DNA of 64,000 nt from Bacteroidota bacterium (GTDB lineage: Bacteria; Bacteroidota; Bacteroidia; Bacteroidales; B39-G9). Position 1 is the stretch's first letter, and each line of letters opens with the position of its first letter. The notes under the pieces were generated by a model. That model was not told where the DNA came from. It made no database searches and was given only the letters and a program-made list of their open reading frames with translations. The DNA is taken from the NCBI GenBank assembly GCA_015222055.1, contig JADFUR010000066.1:7933-71932 (forward strand), read 5' to 3'. A program made the translations under genes and the position numbers. This document shows positions 39,215 through 49,445 of the stretch, piece after piece.

Positions 39215-42172
39215 ATGATAAAGAAAATTAGAACTACTTTGCCCTTATTGTTTATTTTTTATTTTCTATTGTTGCAAGCATGCCAAGAAAACAAAACAAC
39301 AATTAAACAAGAACATTTTTTTTGCGATGCTGAAACAATAAGCTCTAATGGAAAATATTTTATATCAAACAACATTCGTTTTAAAGCAAATAATGCGAGA
39401 AGTTCAGACTATGCACATTCCGGTAAATACTCAATAAAACTAGACCAGACCCAACAGCATGGAATGGCTCTTGAAATAACTGGAATAAAACATGAAGAGC
39501 ATTACCGGGCAAGCGTTTGGCAATATGGCAATAATGGCATGTTGGTTGCTTCGAATTCCTCCTTTTGGGTGTCTGAGCGAAACAATAATCTTTCTGACAC
39601 AATAGGTTGGCATAAAATTTCTATCGATTTTTTCATTCCTCCGCATAATGCAGAAAATAAAATAAAAATTTATCTATGGAATCCGGATTCTGTTCCTTCA
39701 TATTTTGATGATTTAAAAGTTGACAAAATACCTCCAAAACAATACCCTGAATATAGACAACAAGCATTACGCATTTATGTTGACGAAAAAAACATATCAA
39801 ACTTAAAAGAAAAAAGAAAAAAAGCTTTTGAGAAAAAAATTCTTGAAACAGACGACAGCAGTTATGTTAATGCAATAGTTTTTTGGGGAGGCAAAGACAT
39901 GAAAGCAGAAATTCGATTAAAGGGAGATTGGCTTGATCATCTAAGAGGCGATAAATGGTCGTTCAGAATAAAACTTAAAAAGAAAAAAACATGGAAAGGC
40001 ATGCGAACTTTTTCTATACAAACTCCCGAAGCCCGTTATTTTATTGATGAATGGATGGCACACAAAATTTTCGAAAAAGAAGGTCTTTTAACAACCAGAT
40101 ATAATTTTATTCCTGTATATCTGAATAACAAAAACCTTGGCTTATATGTATATGAAGAACATTTTGAGAAGCAACTTGTTGAAAACAAAAGACGACGAGA
40201 AGGACCAATTTTAAAATTATCAGAGAACCAACTGTGGGCTTCACGTATAGCAAAACAAGAAAACAACTTCCCTTCATTTGAAGCCAGCAAGATAACTGCT
40301 TTTAAAAGTAGCCGTATTCTTAAAAATTCTACTTTGCTTAATAATTTTATTGATGCACAAAACCTAGTTTTTGAATACAAATATGCAACAAATAAAGCTT
40401 CTGAAATATTTGATGTTGATAAACTAGCAAAATATTTTGCTCTAGCTGACTTAACTCGTGCTTATCATGGTTTAATTTGGCACAACCAGCGTTTTTATTA
40501 CAATCCGGTAATTTCGAAACTTGAATTTATTCCTTTCGATTGCTATTGCGACAAAGGTGTTATGCAATGGACAAACCGACCAATTTATGGCAATTACAAT
40601 ATTGGGAATGTAAGAAGACAAAACAATGGGGTTTTTATGATTGACTATCTGTTTTCAGATAAAACATTTGTGAAAAAATATTTTTTTTATCTTCAAAAAT
40701 ATTCTAGTAAAAAATATCTTAATTCAATTTTTGCAAAATTTAAAACAGATATAAAAAACAATGAAGCTCTTATTCAAAAAGAATTTACCGACTATAAATA
40801 TGATTATAATTTTCTTACAAAAAATGCTTTTGAAATAAGAAAATCTCTACCTGAATACAAACAAAAAGTTAAAAAAAATTACTTCAATTTTATTAATAAG
40901 GTTGATACTGTTAAACAAAAAGAATACAAGGCTCAGTATGATAAAGCTTTGCCTTCTTGCTTTATTAATGCATATAGCGAACAAACAAACAAAGTAAGCA
41001 TAACGAATTATTACCCCGGCGACATTGAGCTTGTTGGCATCAGTAATAATCAAAAATTAATTACCACTCTATTCAAGCCAAAAGTATTAATAAACTCATA
41101 TAATGATTCGTTGCACCAAACAACAATTAATGTTGACACTAGTATTGCAAAATATTTATTTTTTGTTGTTAAAGGAGAATCCGACATTTTTAATATCCCA
41201 ATTTTTCAATGGCAATCGCCCAAAAAATGCAATCCTCAACAAAAACTAACGAATAACAATGATTTTAAAAGAAATCGAATTTTTCATATTTCAAAAAAGA
41301 AAAATTTAATTGTGAAAGCCGGTAATTACACAATTAAAAATCGCATTATTATACCTGCAGGTTATAAAGTTATTTTCAAAGCAGGTGCAAACCTAAATTT
41401 CATTAACCATTCATTTTTCTTATCATACTCACCTGTTTTTATGCAGGGTCTGCGAAAACACCCTGTTACTATTAAATCAACCGATGGAACAGCAATGGGT
41501 TTTACCGTTTTACAGGCAAAAGAAAAATCGTTTATTAAAGATGCTGTTTTTGAGAACCTAAACACCCTAAATTACAACAATTGGAAATTAACAGGCTCGG
41601 TTACCTTTTATGAATCAGATGTTGAAATAACAAGTTCGTTGTTTAACCACAACAACTGCGAAGATGCCTTAAACATTGTTCGTTCAAATTTCTTTGTTCA
41701 TAATTCTTCGTTTGACAATATTTTTGCTGATGCTTTTGATTCTGATTTTTCAAAAGGCAAAGTTTTAAAAACTTTTTTCTCTTATATTGGGAACGATGCA
41801 ATAGATTTTTCAGGCAGCAATATTATTATTGACGATTGCGAAATAATAAATGCCAGCGACAAGGGCATTAGTGGTGGAGAAAATTCACAATTAAGAATCA
41901 ATAATGTTAACATATTAAACTCAAATATTGCATTTGCATCAAAAGATTATTCTTTTCTTGATATTACGTCTTCGTCTATTACGAACTGTAATTATGGCAT
42001 TGTAATTTATAAGAAAAAGCCCGAATACGAACCGGCATCAGTTAAAGTAGACAAATTAAAACATCTTAATATCAATAAATTATATTTAATTGAAAAAAAA
42101 TCTAAGTTAATATCAAAAAACGATACTACCTTTGGTTTTGAGAAACATGTGTTTGAAAAACTTTATAATTAA
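39215..42172 (+). CDS. CotH-kinase-family lipoprotein with N-terminal CBM-like domain and C-terminal right-handed beta-helix
   Basis: Lipobox LQAC, AHSGKYSIKL..YFDDLKV, RLKGDWLDHL..KWSFRI, YVYEEHF, WHNQRFYYNP..LEFIPFD, EDALNIVRS/DAFDSDFS/DAIDFSGS repeats. The start at 39215 is supported by a -7 element at 39185-39192. Confidence 0.82.
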   Translation: MIKKIRTTLPLLFIFYFLLLQACQENKTTIKQEHFFCDAETISSNGKYFISNNIRFKANNARSSDYAHSGKYSIKLDQTQQHGMALEITGIKHEEHYRASVWQYGNNGMLVASNSSFWVSERNNNLSDTIGWHKISIDFFIPPHNAENKIKIYLWNPDSVPSYFDDLKVDKIPPKQYPEYRQQALRIYVDEKNISNLKEKRKKAFEKKILETDDSSYVNAIVFWGGKDMKAEIRLKGDWLDHLRGDKWSFRIKLKKKKTWKGMRTFSIQTPEARYFIDEWMAHKIFEKEGLLTTRYNFIPVYLNNKNLGLYVYEEHFEKQLVENKRRREGPILKLSENQLWASRIAKQENNFPSFEASKITAFKSSRILKNSTLLNNFIDAQNLVFEYKYATNKASEIFDVDKLAKYFALADLTRAYHGLIWHNQRFYYNPVISKLEFIPFDCYCDKGVMQWTNRPIYGNYNIGNVRRQNNGVFMIDYLFSDKTFVKKYFFYLQKYSSKKYLNSIFAKFKTDIKNNEALIQKEFTDYKYDYNFLTKNAFEIRKSLPEYKQKVKKNYFNFINKVDTVKQKEYKAQYDKALPSCFINAYSEQTNKVSITNYYPGDIELVGISNNQKLITTLFKPKVLINSYNDSLHQTTINVDTSIAKYLFFVVKGESDIFNIPIFQWQSPKKCNPQQKLTNNNDFKRNRIFHISKKKNLIVKAGNYTIKNRIIIPAGYKVIFKAGANLNFINHSFFLSYSPVFMQGLRKHPVTIKSTDGTAMGFTVLQAKEKSFIKDAVFENLNTLNYNNWKLTGSVTFYESDVEITSSLFNHNNCEDALNIVRSNFFVHNSSFDNIFADAFDSDFSKGKVLKTFFSYIGNDAIDFSGSNIIIDDCEIINASDKGISGGENSQLRINNVNILNSNIAFASKDYSFLDITSSSITNCNYGIVIYKKKPEYEPASVKVDKLKHLNINKLYLIEKKSKLISKNDTTFGFEKHVFEKLYN

Positions 42173-42176
42173 TTTA

Positions 42177-42923
42177 TTGAAAGAAATTAACGAAATATTA
42201 AGCACCTACGAATCTGTCTCTTTAAAAGAAATTGACAGAGTAAAGTTTATGAAAAGGACTGACACTAAATTTGTTTTTCCTATTCAGAAACTTTCAAAAA
42301 TTTTAAAAGACGCAAAACCCTTTTATTATATTTTAGAGATTGATAACAAACGAAGCTTAAAATATGAAACGACATATTTTGATACCGATGATTTTTCAAT
42401 GTATATTGCTCATCAAAACGGAAAATTAAATCGTTACAAAATAAGATCTCGTAAATATATCAACACACAAGACAGCTTTTTAGAAATTAAATTTAAATCG
42501 AACAAAAACAAAACAATTAAGAAACGTATTAAAACTAATGATTTTTTTTCAGAAGCTTCTCGTGATTTTATTAAAAAAAATTCTCCCTATTCATTAAACG
42601 AGCTAAAAGCTAGGGTTGAAACAAAATTTTCGAGAATTACTCTGGTTAGCAACAAATTTGATGAACGATTAACCATTGATTTTAATTTGTCTTTTGAAAA
42701 TAATAAAAAAATTGATAAATTACCTTTCTTATCAATTGCAGAAGTTAAGCAAGAAAAATTTTCTTCTTCGTCTGAATTTATCAAAATATTAAAGAATTAC
42801 GGAATTCGACAAATGTCATTAAGTAAATATTGCACAGGCATAAATTTATTATACAAAAATCTTAAACAGAATAGGTTTAAACCACGATTATTAACATTAA
42901 AAAAATTAAGTAATGATAGCTGA
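42177..42923 (+). CDS. VTC / polyphosphate polymerase domain protein (CYTH-like tunnel fold)
   Basis: MKRTDTKF, YETTYFDT, RYKIRSRKY, FLEIKFK, RITLV..ERLTID, IAEVKQ, SKYC. A TTG start just after the CotH stop is assumed. Confidence 0.88.
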   Translation: MKEINEILSTYESVSLKEIDRVKFMKRTDTKFVFPIQKLSKILKDAKPFYYILEIDNKRSLKYETTYFDTDDFSMYIAHQNGKLNRYKIRSRKYINTQDSFLEIKFKSNKNKTIKKRIKTNDFFSEASRDFIKKNSPYSLNELKARVETKFSRITLVSNKFDERLTIDFNLSFENNKKIDKLPFLSIAEVKQEKFSSSSEFIKILKNYGIRQMSLSKYCTGINLLYKNLKQNRFKPRLLTLKKLSNDS

Positions 42924-43614
42924 AATATTGTTAAAACAGGCTAGTCTATTTGGAATAGAATTAATTAACACCAAAGATTTCTTGGAACTTCTTATACGAT
43001 TTTCTTTAAATCTTATAATAACCGTAATTATAGCTAGATACCTCTATTATTCAATTACAAAACGAAAAGATTATTTGTTCTCGTATGTTATTATAGGAAC
43101 AATGACTTTTTTAATTTGTTACCTTTTGTCGAATGTTAAACTACAAATGGGATTTGCTTTGGGATTATTTGCTGTGTTTGGAATTATTCGATACCGCACA
43201 AACCAGATACGAATAAAAGAAATGTCATATCTTTTCTTGATTATTGGAGTTTCGGTTATTAATGCTCTTGCAAACAAAAAAGTTAGTTATGCCGAATTAA
43301 TTTTTACTAATGTGGCAGTAATTGGAATAACTTATTTTTTAGAAAATGTATGGCTTCTTAAGCATGAGACAAGCAAAACAATTATTTATGAAAACATAAA
43401 ATTAATTAAGCCACAAAAACGAAATTTATTAATTCAGGATCTTGAGAAACGAACAGGTTTAGTAATTAGTAGAATTGAAATTGGGAGAATTAATTTTTTA
43501 AAAGATACTGCCAGAATAAAAATCTTTTTCTTTCGTAGCGAGCAAAAAGACTGGAATGTGTTTGATGAAAATGAAGATGAAGAAAACATTCGTATTGATG
43601 ATGACGATGATTAA
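42913..43614 (+). CDS. DUF4956-family membrane protein
   Basis: GFALGLFAVFGIIRYRT, IKEMSYLF, DLEKRTG. Confidence 0.9.
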   Translation: MIAEILLKQASLFGIELINTKDFLELLIRFSLNLIITVIIARYLYYSITKRKDYLFSYVIIGTMTFLICYLLSNVKLQMGFALGLFAVFGIIRYRTNQIRIKEMSYLFLIIGVSVINALANKKVSYAELIFTNVAVIGITYFLENVWLLKHETSKTIIYENIKLIKPQKRNLLIQDLEKRTGLVISRIEIGRINFLKDTARIKIFFFRSEQKDWNVFDENEDEENIRIDDDDD

Positions 43615-43644
43615 AAAAAAAGGCTGTCAAATATTTGACAGCCT
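43614..43644. terminator. Bidirectional terminator
   Basis: AGGCTGTCAAA-TA-TTTGACAGCCT with flanking A-run, between convergent genes. Confidence 0.75.
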
Positions 43645-43664
43645 GTAATTTTTTCGTATTTATA

Positions 43665-44138
43665 TTAAAAAATATATCTTACAGAAACAGCTCCAACATT
43701 GCCCCAAAAGCCTGAGTAACCAACAATATTTAATGCCGGTTTCCAATCTAAACTTATGTTAATTGGAATTTCTTTAATATTATATTCTATTCCTAAAACA
43801 CCATCAACACCAATAACTGTGTAGCTTTCGTTATCGCTAGCCCAATTAACATTACTACCATCCCAAAAACCGATATGTGCTCCAGCACCATAATACCAAT
43901 TTAAACGAGGCGTTTTGAATGCCTGTTTGTGAATTTCATACAATGCAGTAATATTAAACCCTTGCCAACGAGTTGACAATATGCCTTCATAAGCAATATT
44001 TTTACTAACAAACTGTTTTGCTGTTAAGCCATTTGCCATACCACCTCTTACACCAATAGCGGTTTTATAATCTTGTGCATTTGCTGAAAAACCACCAATT
44101 AAAATTACTGAAAATAATAACAAAACAAATTTTTTCAT
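43665..44138 (-). CDS. Small outer-membrane beta-barrel protein
   Basis: AQDYKTAIGVRGG, WYYGAGAHIG, IPINISLDWKP, terminal VRYIF. Confidence 0.8.
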   Translation of the reverse strand: MKKFVLLLFSVILIGGFSANAQDYKTAIGVRGGMANGLTAKQFVSKNIAYEGILSTRWQGFNITALYEIHKQAFKTPRLNWYYGAGAHIGFWDGSNVNWASDNESYTVIGVDGVLGIEYNIKEIPINISLDWKPALNIVGYSGFWGNVGAVSVRYIF

Positions 44139-44355
44139 ACGTTCATTTTTTAATTATTAATTTATAAAAAACAATGATGAATCAGATTGTCCTGATTTTT
44201 GCAAAAAAAACACTTATAACAAATAAATTAATTATTCCTTTATTGAAAAGTCAGAACAAATAATGGGAACCTTCTGATTAACACGTAGATTCACGTTATA
44301 ATTATAACATATATACAAATATAAACGTTTATATTTGTATTCGCCTAAAAAACAT

Positions 44356-46803
44356 TTAAATATCTATAGGACTTGAAACTTTTTGTTTAAGAAGAGCCAT
44401 ATCTAAAACATCAATAATATTTTTCACATAATGGAACTTCAAACCTTTAACATAAATATCTTTTATTTCAGAAATATCTTTTCTGTTATCTTCCGACAAA
44501 ATAATTTCTTTAATATTTGCACGCTTTGCAGCTAATATTTTCTCTTTAATTCCACCCACTGGTAGCACTTTACCTCGAAGAGTTATTTCACCTGTCATGG
44601 CTAAATTTTTCTTCACTTTTCGTTGAGTAAATGCTGACGCTAACGATGTTACCATTGTCACACCTGCAGACGGGCCATCTTTTGGTATAGCACCTTCGGG
44701 AACATGAACGTGAACATTCCATTTTTCAAAAACATCTTCGTTAATATTCAATTTTTTTGAATGTGCTTTCAAATATTCGAGAGCGAGAATAGCAGATTCT
44801 TTCATTACATCACCCAAATTTCCTGTTAATGTAAGAGTTCCTTTCCCTTTGCTCAAACTTGTTTCTATAAACAAAATTTCACCACCAACAGATGTCCATG
44901 CTAATCCTGTAACTACTCCTGCAAATTCATTACCTTGATATTTATCTCTTGAATATTCTTGCACTCCAAGCAATTTGTTTAAATCCTCAATTGAAATATT
45001 TGGATTATATTCTTCTTTAAATGCAATTTTTTTAGCTGTTCGTCTCGTTAATTTTGCTAATTGTTTATCTAATTCTCGAACTCCAGATTCTCGAGTATAA
45101 TTTTCAATAATATTCTCAACAACTTGTTTCGATAATATTAATTGTTGTTGTTTTACTCCGTGAGCTTCAAGTTGCTTTGGTATTAAATGTCGTTTTGCTA
45201 TTTCTATTTTTTCTTCAACAATATAACCACTCATTTGTATCATTTCCATTCTATCGCGCAAAGCAGGGCTAATTGTACTCAAAGTATTTGCAGTTGCTAT
45301 AAACATTGCCTTTGACAGGTCATAGTCGAGGTCAAGAAAATTATCATGGAAAGTTGAATTCTGCTCAGGGTCAAGCACCTCTAGCAATGCAGAAGAAGGA
45401 TCGCCATGATAATCATTCCCTACTTTATCAATCTCATCAAGAATAAAAACTGGGTTTGATGTTTTTGCTTTCCTTATATTTTGGATTATTCGTCCAGGCA
45501 TTGCACCAATATATGTTTTACGATGACCGCGAATTTCTGCTTCATCGTGCAAACCACCAAGAGACATTCTTACATATTTCCTATTCAAAGATTTTGCAAT
45601 TGATTTACCTAGAGAAGTTTTTCCAACTCCCGGAGGGCCATATAGGCAAATAATTGGGGATTTTAAATCTCCTTTTAATTTCAATACAGCAAGATGTTCT
45701 AAAATACGCTCTTTGACTTTATCCAATCCATAATGGTCATTATCTAAAATCTTTTGAGCATTTTTTAAATCAAAATTATCTTCAGAGTATTCATTCCACG
45801 GTAATTCGAGCAAAATCTGCAAATAATTTAACTGCACAGAATATTCACCCGCAGCCGGATTCATTCTTTGAAGTTTGTTTCTTTCTTTGTTAAAAAGTTC
45901 TTCAACTTCTTTGCTCCACTTTTTATCTTTTGCTTTTACCTTCAGTTCCTCAACTTCTTGCTCTAAAGGGTTCCCTCCTAATTCATCGCGAATAGTCTTC
46001 ATTTGCTGATTAAGAAGAAATTCTCTTTGTTGCTTATCAAGTTCCGATTTCACTTTTGATTGAATATCGTCTTTTAGCTCAAGCATTTGAAGCTGAGTAG
46101 AAAGATACTCTAATAAAGTAATAGCTCGTTTTTTTAAATCATTTGTTTCAAGTAAATTCTGTTTGCCTTTAATTTTTACATCAGTATTTGAACAAATAAA
46201 ATTGATTAAAAATGTGCTGTCGCTAATGTTTTTTAGGGCAAAAATACCCTCTTGTTGAACATTTGTTGACAGCTTAATAATTTTTATTGCCAAATCGCGA
46301 ACAGATCCAATAATAGCATCAAACTCTTTGTCGTTTTTCTTTGCTTTAATATCATTTAATTCTTTTACCGAAGCTGTAATATAGGGCTTAACCGACTCAA
46401 TTTTTTGTATCTCAAAACGTTTCTTGCCCTGAATAATAACCGAGGTCGTATTGTCAGGCATTTCAAGAATTTTTATAATCTCTGCTGCTGTACCAACCTT
46501 ATAGATATCTTTTTCTGTAGGGTTTTCAACATTCTTGTCAATTTGTGTTACTGTACCAATAATTTTGTCTTTTTTAAAAATCTCTTTTATCAACTTCAAA
46601 GATTTCTCTCTGCCAACAGTTATAGGTACAACAACACCCGGAAAAAGAACCGCATTTCTTAAAGGTAAAATAGGTAACTTTTTAGGCATTTTAAATTTCC
46701 CCATATCTCCATCAAAATCAGTTATTATTGGAACAATCTCAGGTGCATTATCATCTCCTGATAATAATATATTCTTAAAATCTATTTCTTCAATATTACT
46801 CAT
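44356..46803 (-). CDS. lon: ATP-dependent Lon protease
   Basis: [37 protein letters not shown]. Confidence 0.98.
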   Translation of the reverse strand: MSNIEEIDFKNILLSGDDNAPEIVPIITDFDGDMGKFKMPKKLPILPLRNAVLFPGVVVPITVGREKSLKLIKEIFKKDKIIGTVTQIDKNVENPTEKDIYKVGTAAEIIKILEMPDNTTSVIIQGKKRFEIQKIESVKPYITASVKELNDIKAKKNDKEFDAIIGSVRDLAIKIIKLSTNVQQEGIFALKNISDSTFLINFICSNTDVKIKGKQNLLETNDLKKRAITLLEYLSTQLQMLELKDDIQSKVKSELDKQQREFLLNQQMKTIRDELGGNPLEQEVEELKVKAKDKKWSKEVEELFNKERNKLQRMNPAAGEYSVQLNYLQILLELPWNEYSEDNFDLKNAQKILDNDHYGLDKVKERILEHLAVLKLKGDLKSPIICLYGPPGVGKTSLGKSIAKSLNRKYVRMSLGGLHDEAEIRGHRKTYIGAMPGRIIQNIRKAKTSNPVFILDEIDKVGNDYHGDPSSALLEVLDPEQNSTFHDNFLDLDYDLSKAMFIATANTLSTISPALRDRMEMIQMSGYIVEEKIEIAKRHLIPKQLEAHGVKQQQLILSKQVVENIIENYTRESGVRELDKQLAKLTRRTAKKIAFKEEYNPNISIEDLNKLLGVQEYSRDKYQGNEFAGVVTGLAWTSVGGEILFIETSLSKGKGTLTLTGNLGDVMKESAILALEYLKAHSKKLNINEDVFEKWNVHVHVPEGAIPKDGPSAGVTMVTSLASAFTQRKVKKNLAMTGEITLRGKVLPVGGIKEKILAAKRANIKEIILSEDNRKDISEIKDIYVKGLKFHYVKNIIDVLDMALLKQKVSSPIDI

Positions 46804-47008
46804 AAAACATAAAAAAATTTATTTGTCAATTTGACAGATAAATGTAAAACAATAAATTTATTCATTCACTCAAAACTAAAAATCTCACGATTGTATAAAC
46901 CAATCACAAGCAAGGATAAACTCCTTATTATTAAACAACAACCTTATTCTCTTCTCTTTTTAGATTGTTATTTTTATTTTTTTACATAGAACTTATCTAT
47001 GTTGTTTG

Positions 47009-47024
47009 TCAATAGTTATGCCAA
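47009..47024 (-). promoter_or_regulatory. Sigma54-like motif TTGGCAT-N5-TTGA upstream of lon
   Basis: The minus strand reads TTGGCATAACTATTGA with -24/-12 spacing, about 205 nt before lon. Confidence 0.45.
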
Positions 47025-47026
47025 AA

Positions 47027-48229
47027 TTATTTAAAATTCCTATACTGTTCTGTTATATTAAAAATGTGTGATAATATTTCTTTGTCAACATCTTTAAGTT
47101 TAACATTTCGTCGTGCCATTACTTTCTCCGCAACCTGAAACACTTTATTTAATCGATAAGTCATAAAACCACTTGTACCACCCCATGCAAACGAGGGTAT
47201 AAAATTTCGTTGAAACCCAGAACCAAAAATATTTGCACTAATGCCAATAATAGTACCGGTATTAAACATTGTATTTATTCCACATTTTGAATGGTCTCCC
47301 ATTATTAATCCACAAAACTGCAAACCGGTATCAGCAAAATGATTTGTTTTGTAATCCCACAATTTCACGCTTGCATAATTATTTTTTAAGTTCGAATTAT
47401 TACTGTCAGCTCCAATATTACACCACTCACCAACAACAGCATTTCCTAAAAATCCGTCGTGAGCTTTATTTGTATAACCAAAAAATACAACATTGCTTAA
47501 CTCGCCACCAACTTTAGAATGAGGACCAACTGTTGTTGGACCGTAAATTTTAGCTGACATTTTAACAACCGAATGTTCACACAAAACAAAAGGGCCTCTT
47601 ATAACTGCACCTTCCATAACTTCGGCGTCTTTGCCAATATAAACGAAACCTGTTTGGGCATTTATTGTTACAAATTCAAGTTTTGCTCCTTGTTCAATAA
47701 AAATATTTTCTTTACCAATAACATTATTTGTTTTACTTATTGGCTGACTTTTTCGTCCTTTGGTGATAAGTTGAAAATCAGACTTTATTGCCTGTTCGTT
47801 TAAGCTAAAAATGTCCCATGAATAATTTATTTTTACAAATTCTGAAACACAGTTTACAAGGGCAACGTTATTATCTTCAAAATTATTTTGAACTTGCTTA
47901 AAATTTTTTGCTAATTTTTCAGACAATCTTACAGCAAGCAAAACATCATTTTTTATTAAAGCACAATTAATTTTTAATGAGTTTATTTCATTCACCAAAT
48001 TTTCTTCCGGCAAAACTGAAGCATTAATAAAAACATTATCATCAGAATACTCTGCTACATATTTTTGTTGCAAATAATCTTGAGTATAATATGAGCAGTT
48101 TTGGTTTAAATGTTTTTCCCATTTTTCTTTTATGGTAAGAATCCCAATTCTTATTTCAGCAATCGGGCGTGTATAAGTTAATGGCAAAAGATTAATCCAT
48201 GTCTTGTCGTCAAATAAAATATAGTTCAT
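47027..48229 (-). CDS. GlmU-family putative sugar nucleotidyltransferase
   Basis: LLPLTYTRPIAEIRIGILTI, hexapeptide repeats, NKAHDGFLGN, NNSNLKNNY. Confidence 0.88.
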   Translation of the reverse strand: MNYILFDDKTWINLLPLTYTRPIAEIRIGILTIKEKWEKHLNQNCSYYTQDYLQQKYVAEYSDDNVFINASVLPEENLVNEINSLKINCALIKNDVLLAVRLSEKLAKNFKQVQNNFEDNNVALVNCVSEFVKINYSWDIFSLNEQAIKSDFQLITKGRKSQPISKTNNVIGKENIFIEQGAKLEFVTINAQTGFVYIGKDAEVMEGAVIRGPFVLCEHSVVKMSAKIYGPTTVGPHSKVGGELSNVVFFGYTNKAHDGFLGNAVVGEWCNIGADSNNSNLKNNYASVKLWDYKTNHFADTGLQFCGLIMGDHSKCGINTMFNTGTIIGISANIFGSGFQRNFIPSFAWGGTSGFMTYRLNKVFQVAEKVMARRNVKLKDVDKEILSHIFNITEQYRNFK

Positions 48230-48332
48230 TTCTTCTAATATTTGATTGGTATTTGCAAAATTACTGTTTATTTTTCAACAAGCAAATGCAGTAGGTCTAT
48301 TTGCTTATTTTTTAAAAATAAAAATTGTAAAA

Positions 48333-48358
48333 AAAAAGCCTCTCATATTGAGAGGCTT
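48333..48358 (-). terminator. Terminator downstream of tRNA-Gln
   Basis: AAGCCTCTCA-TAT-TGAGAGGCTT with a U-run on the minus strand. Confidence 0.75.
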
Positions 48359-48361
48359 ATG

Positions 48362-48434
48362 TTGTCCGACCAGGGCTCGAACCTGGACTCTTATGTACCA
48401 AAAACATACGTGTTGCCAGTTACACCATCGGACA
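48362..48434 (-). tRNA. tRNA-Gln (TTG)
   Basis: TGTCCGA/TCGGACA acceptor stem, anticodon stem TATGT/ACATA with loop TTTTGGT, GGTTCGAGCCC T-arm; CCA not encoded. Confidence 0.95.
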
Positions 48435-48605
48435 ATTATTATTTGAGGTTGCAAATTTAATAAAAAATTTAAATTTTCAAACAATTTTTATTAATTTTTA
48501 TTGTTAGAATAATTTATTTTTTATTCGTTAAAAATTTCAATCAGAATAAAAACAAATTAGTTGTTTTTTACAAAAAAATGAAGGTGTTGAAAATACAAGG
48601 TAGAA

Positions 48606-49170
48606 ATGATTAAAAATGCCTACATAGATTTATATGTAAATGGAAACTTTAAAGAAAAACTATTGTTCAATAATAAAGCATACATATCAAATTACACACC
48701 AAAAACAAACGACCATCTCAAAATTTTTTCTTCTACTCAAACATACGATACCATAAATGCTGAGGCAACAATACCGAACAAAACGCTAATAAACAATGAA
48801 GCCGTTGAATTTACTAAAAATGGCTTTATTGACAAGGAAGGATTTCTTAATGATTTGATAAAATTCCAATTTGAAGACCCAGCAAATACTGAAAATTTCT
48901 ACGAAGCTTTTATTTCTTTTACGGTTGAAACAGATTCAACAATAAACACATACCAACCCTATTTATATTATAGCAACAATCCAATAATTGAAAACGAAGA
49001 TCAACTTATTTATGAACTAAGATCCATTTTATTTTCAGATGAACTTTTTGATGGTAAAACTGCATTTATTGATATTGCATTTGAAAAACACTATATCAAT
49101 AATAATGAAAGAATAAAACAAACTCGTCTAATTTTTATGTCAATATCAAAAGAATACTACTTGTATAAAA
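48606..49170 (+). pseudogene. DUF4249 lipoprotein remnant (no signal peptide, C-terminus lost)
   Basis: FEDPANTENFY, LFSDELFDG and SISKEYYLYKKS match the DUF4249 copies at 5.7 and 9.2 kb. Confidence 0.8.
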
Positions 49171-49413
49171 AGAGCAGAAGCTTATCATCGACTCGATTTA
49201 GGATTAAATTTCCGAAAAGAAATAAAATGGGGTACACGAACGTTGAATTTAAGTGTTTATAATCTTTACAATCGCAAAAACCCTTATTTTTATACTCTTA
49301 GTACAAAGCCTACATCTAACATTAACAGTAACGGTAACGAAAAAGTTTATTTACTTCGTAATAGTTTATTTCCTTTTATACCATCAATAAGCTATTCTAT
49401 TAAATTTAAGTAA
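49171..49413 (+). pseudogene. C-terminal 80 codons of a TonB-dependent receptor
   Basis: A shifted frame reads RAEAYHRLDLGLNFRKEIKWGTRTLNLSVYNLYNRKNPYFY...SLFPFIPSISYSIKFK*. Confidence 0.88.
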
Positions 49414-49445
49414 TGGTTAAATAAAAATTTGATACAGAGTTGCTT

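Noticed and set aside
48242-48460. Two short + strand ORFs
   Set aside because: They overlap tRNA-Gln and its terminator on the opposite strand.
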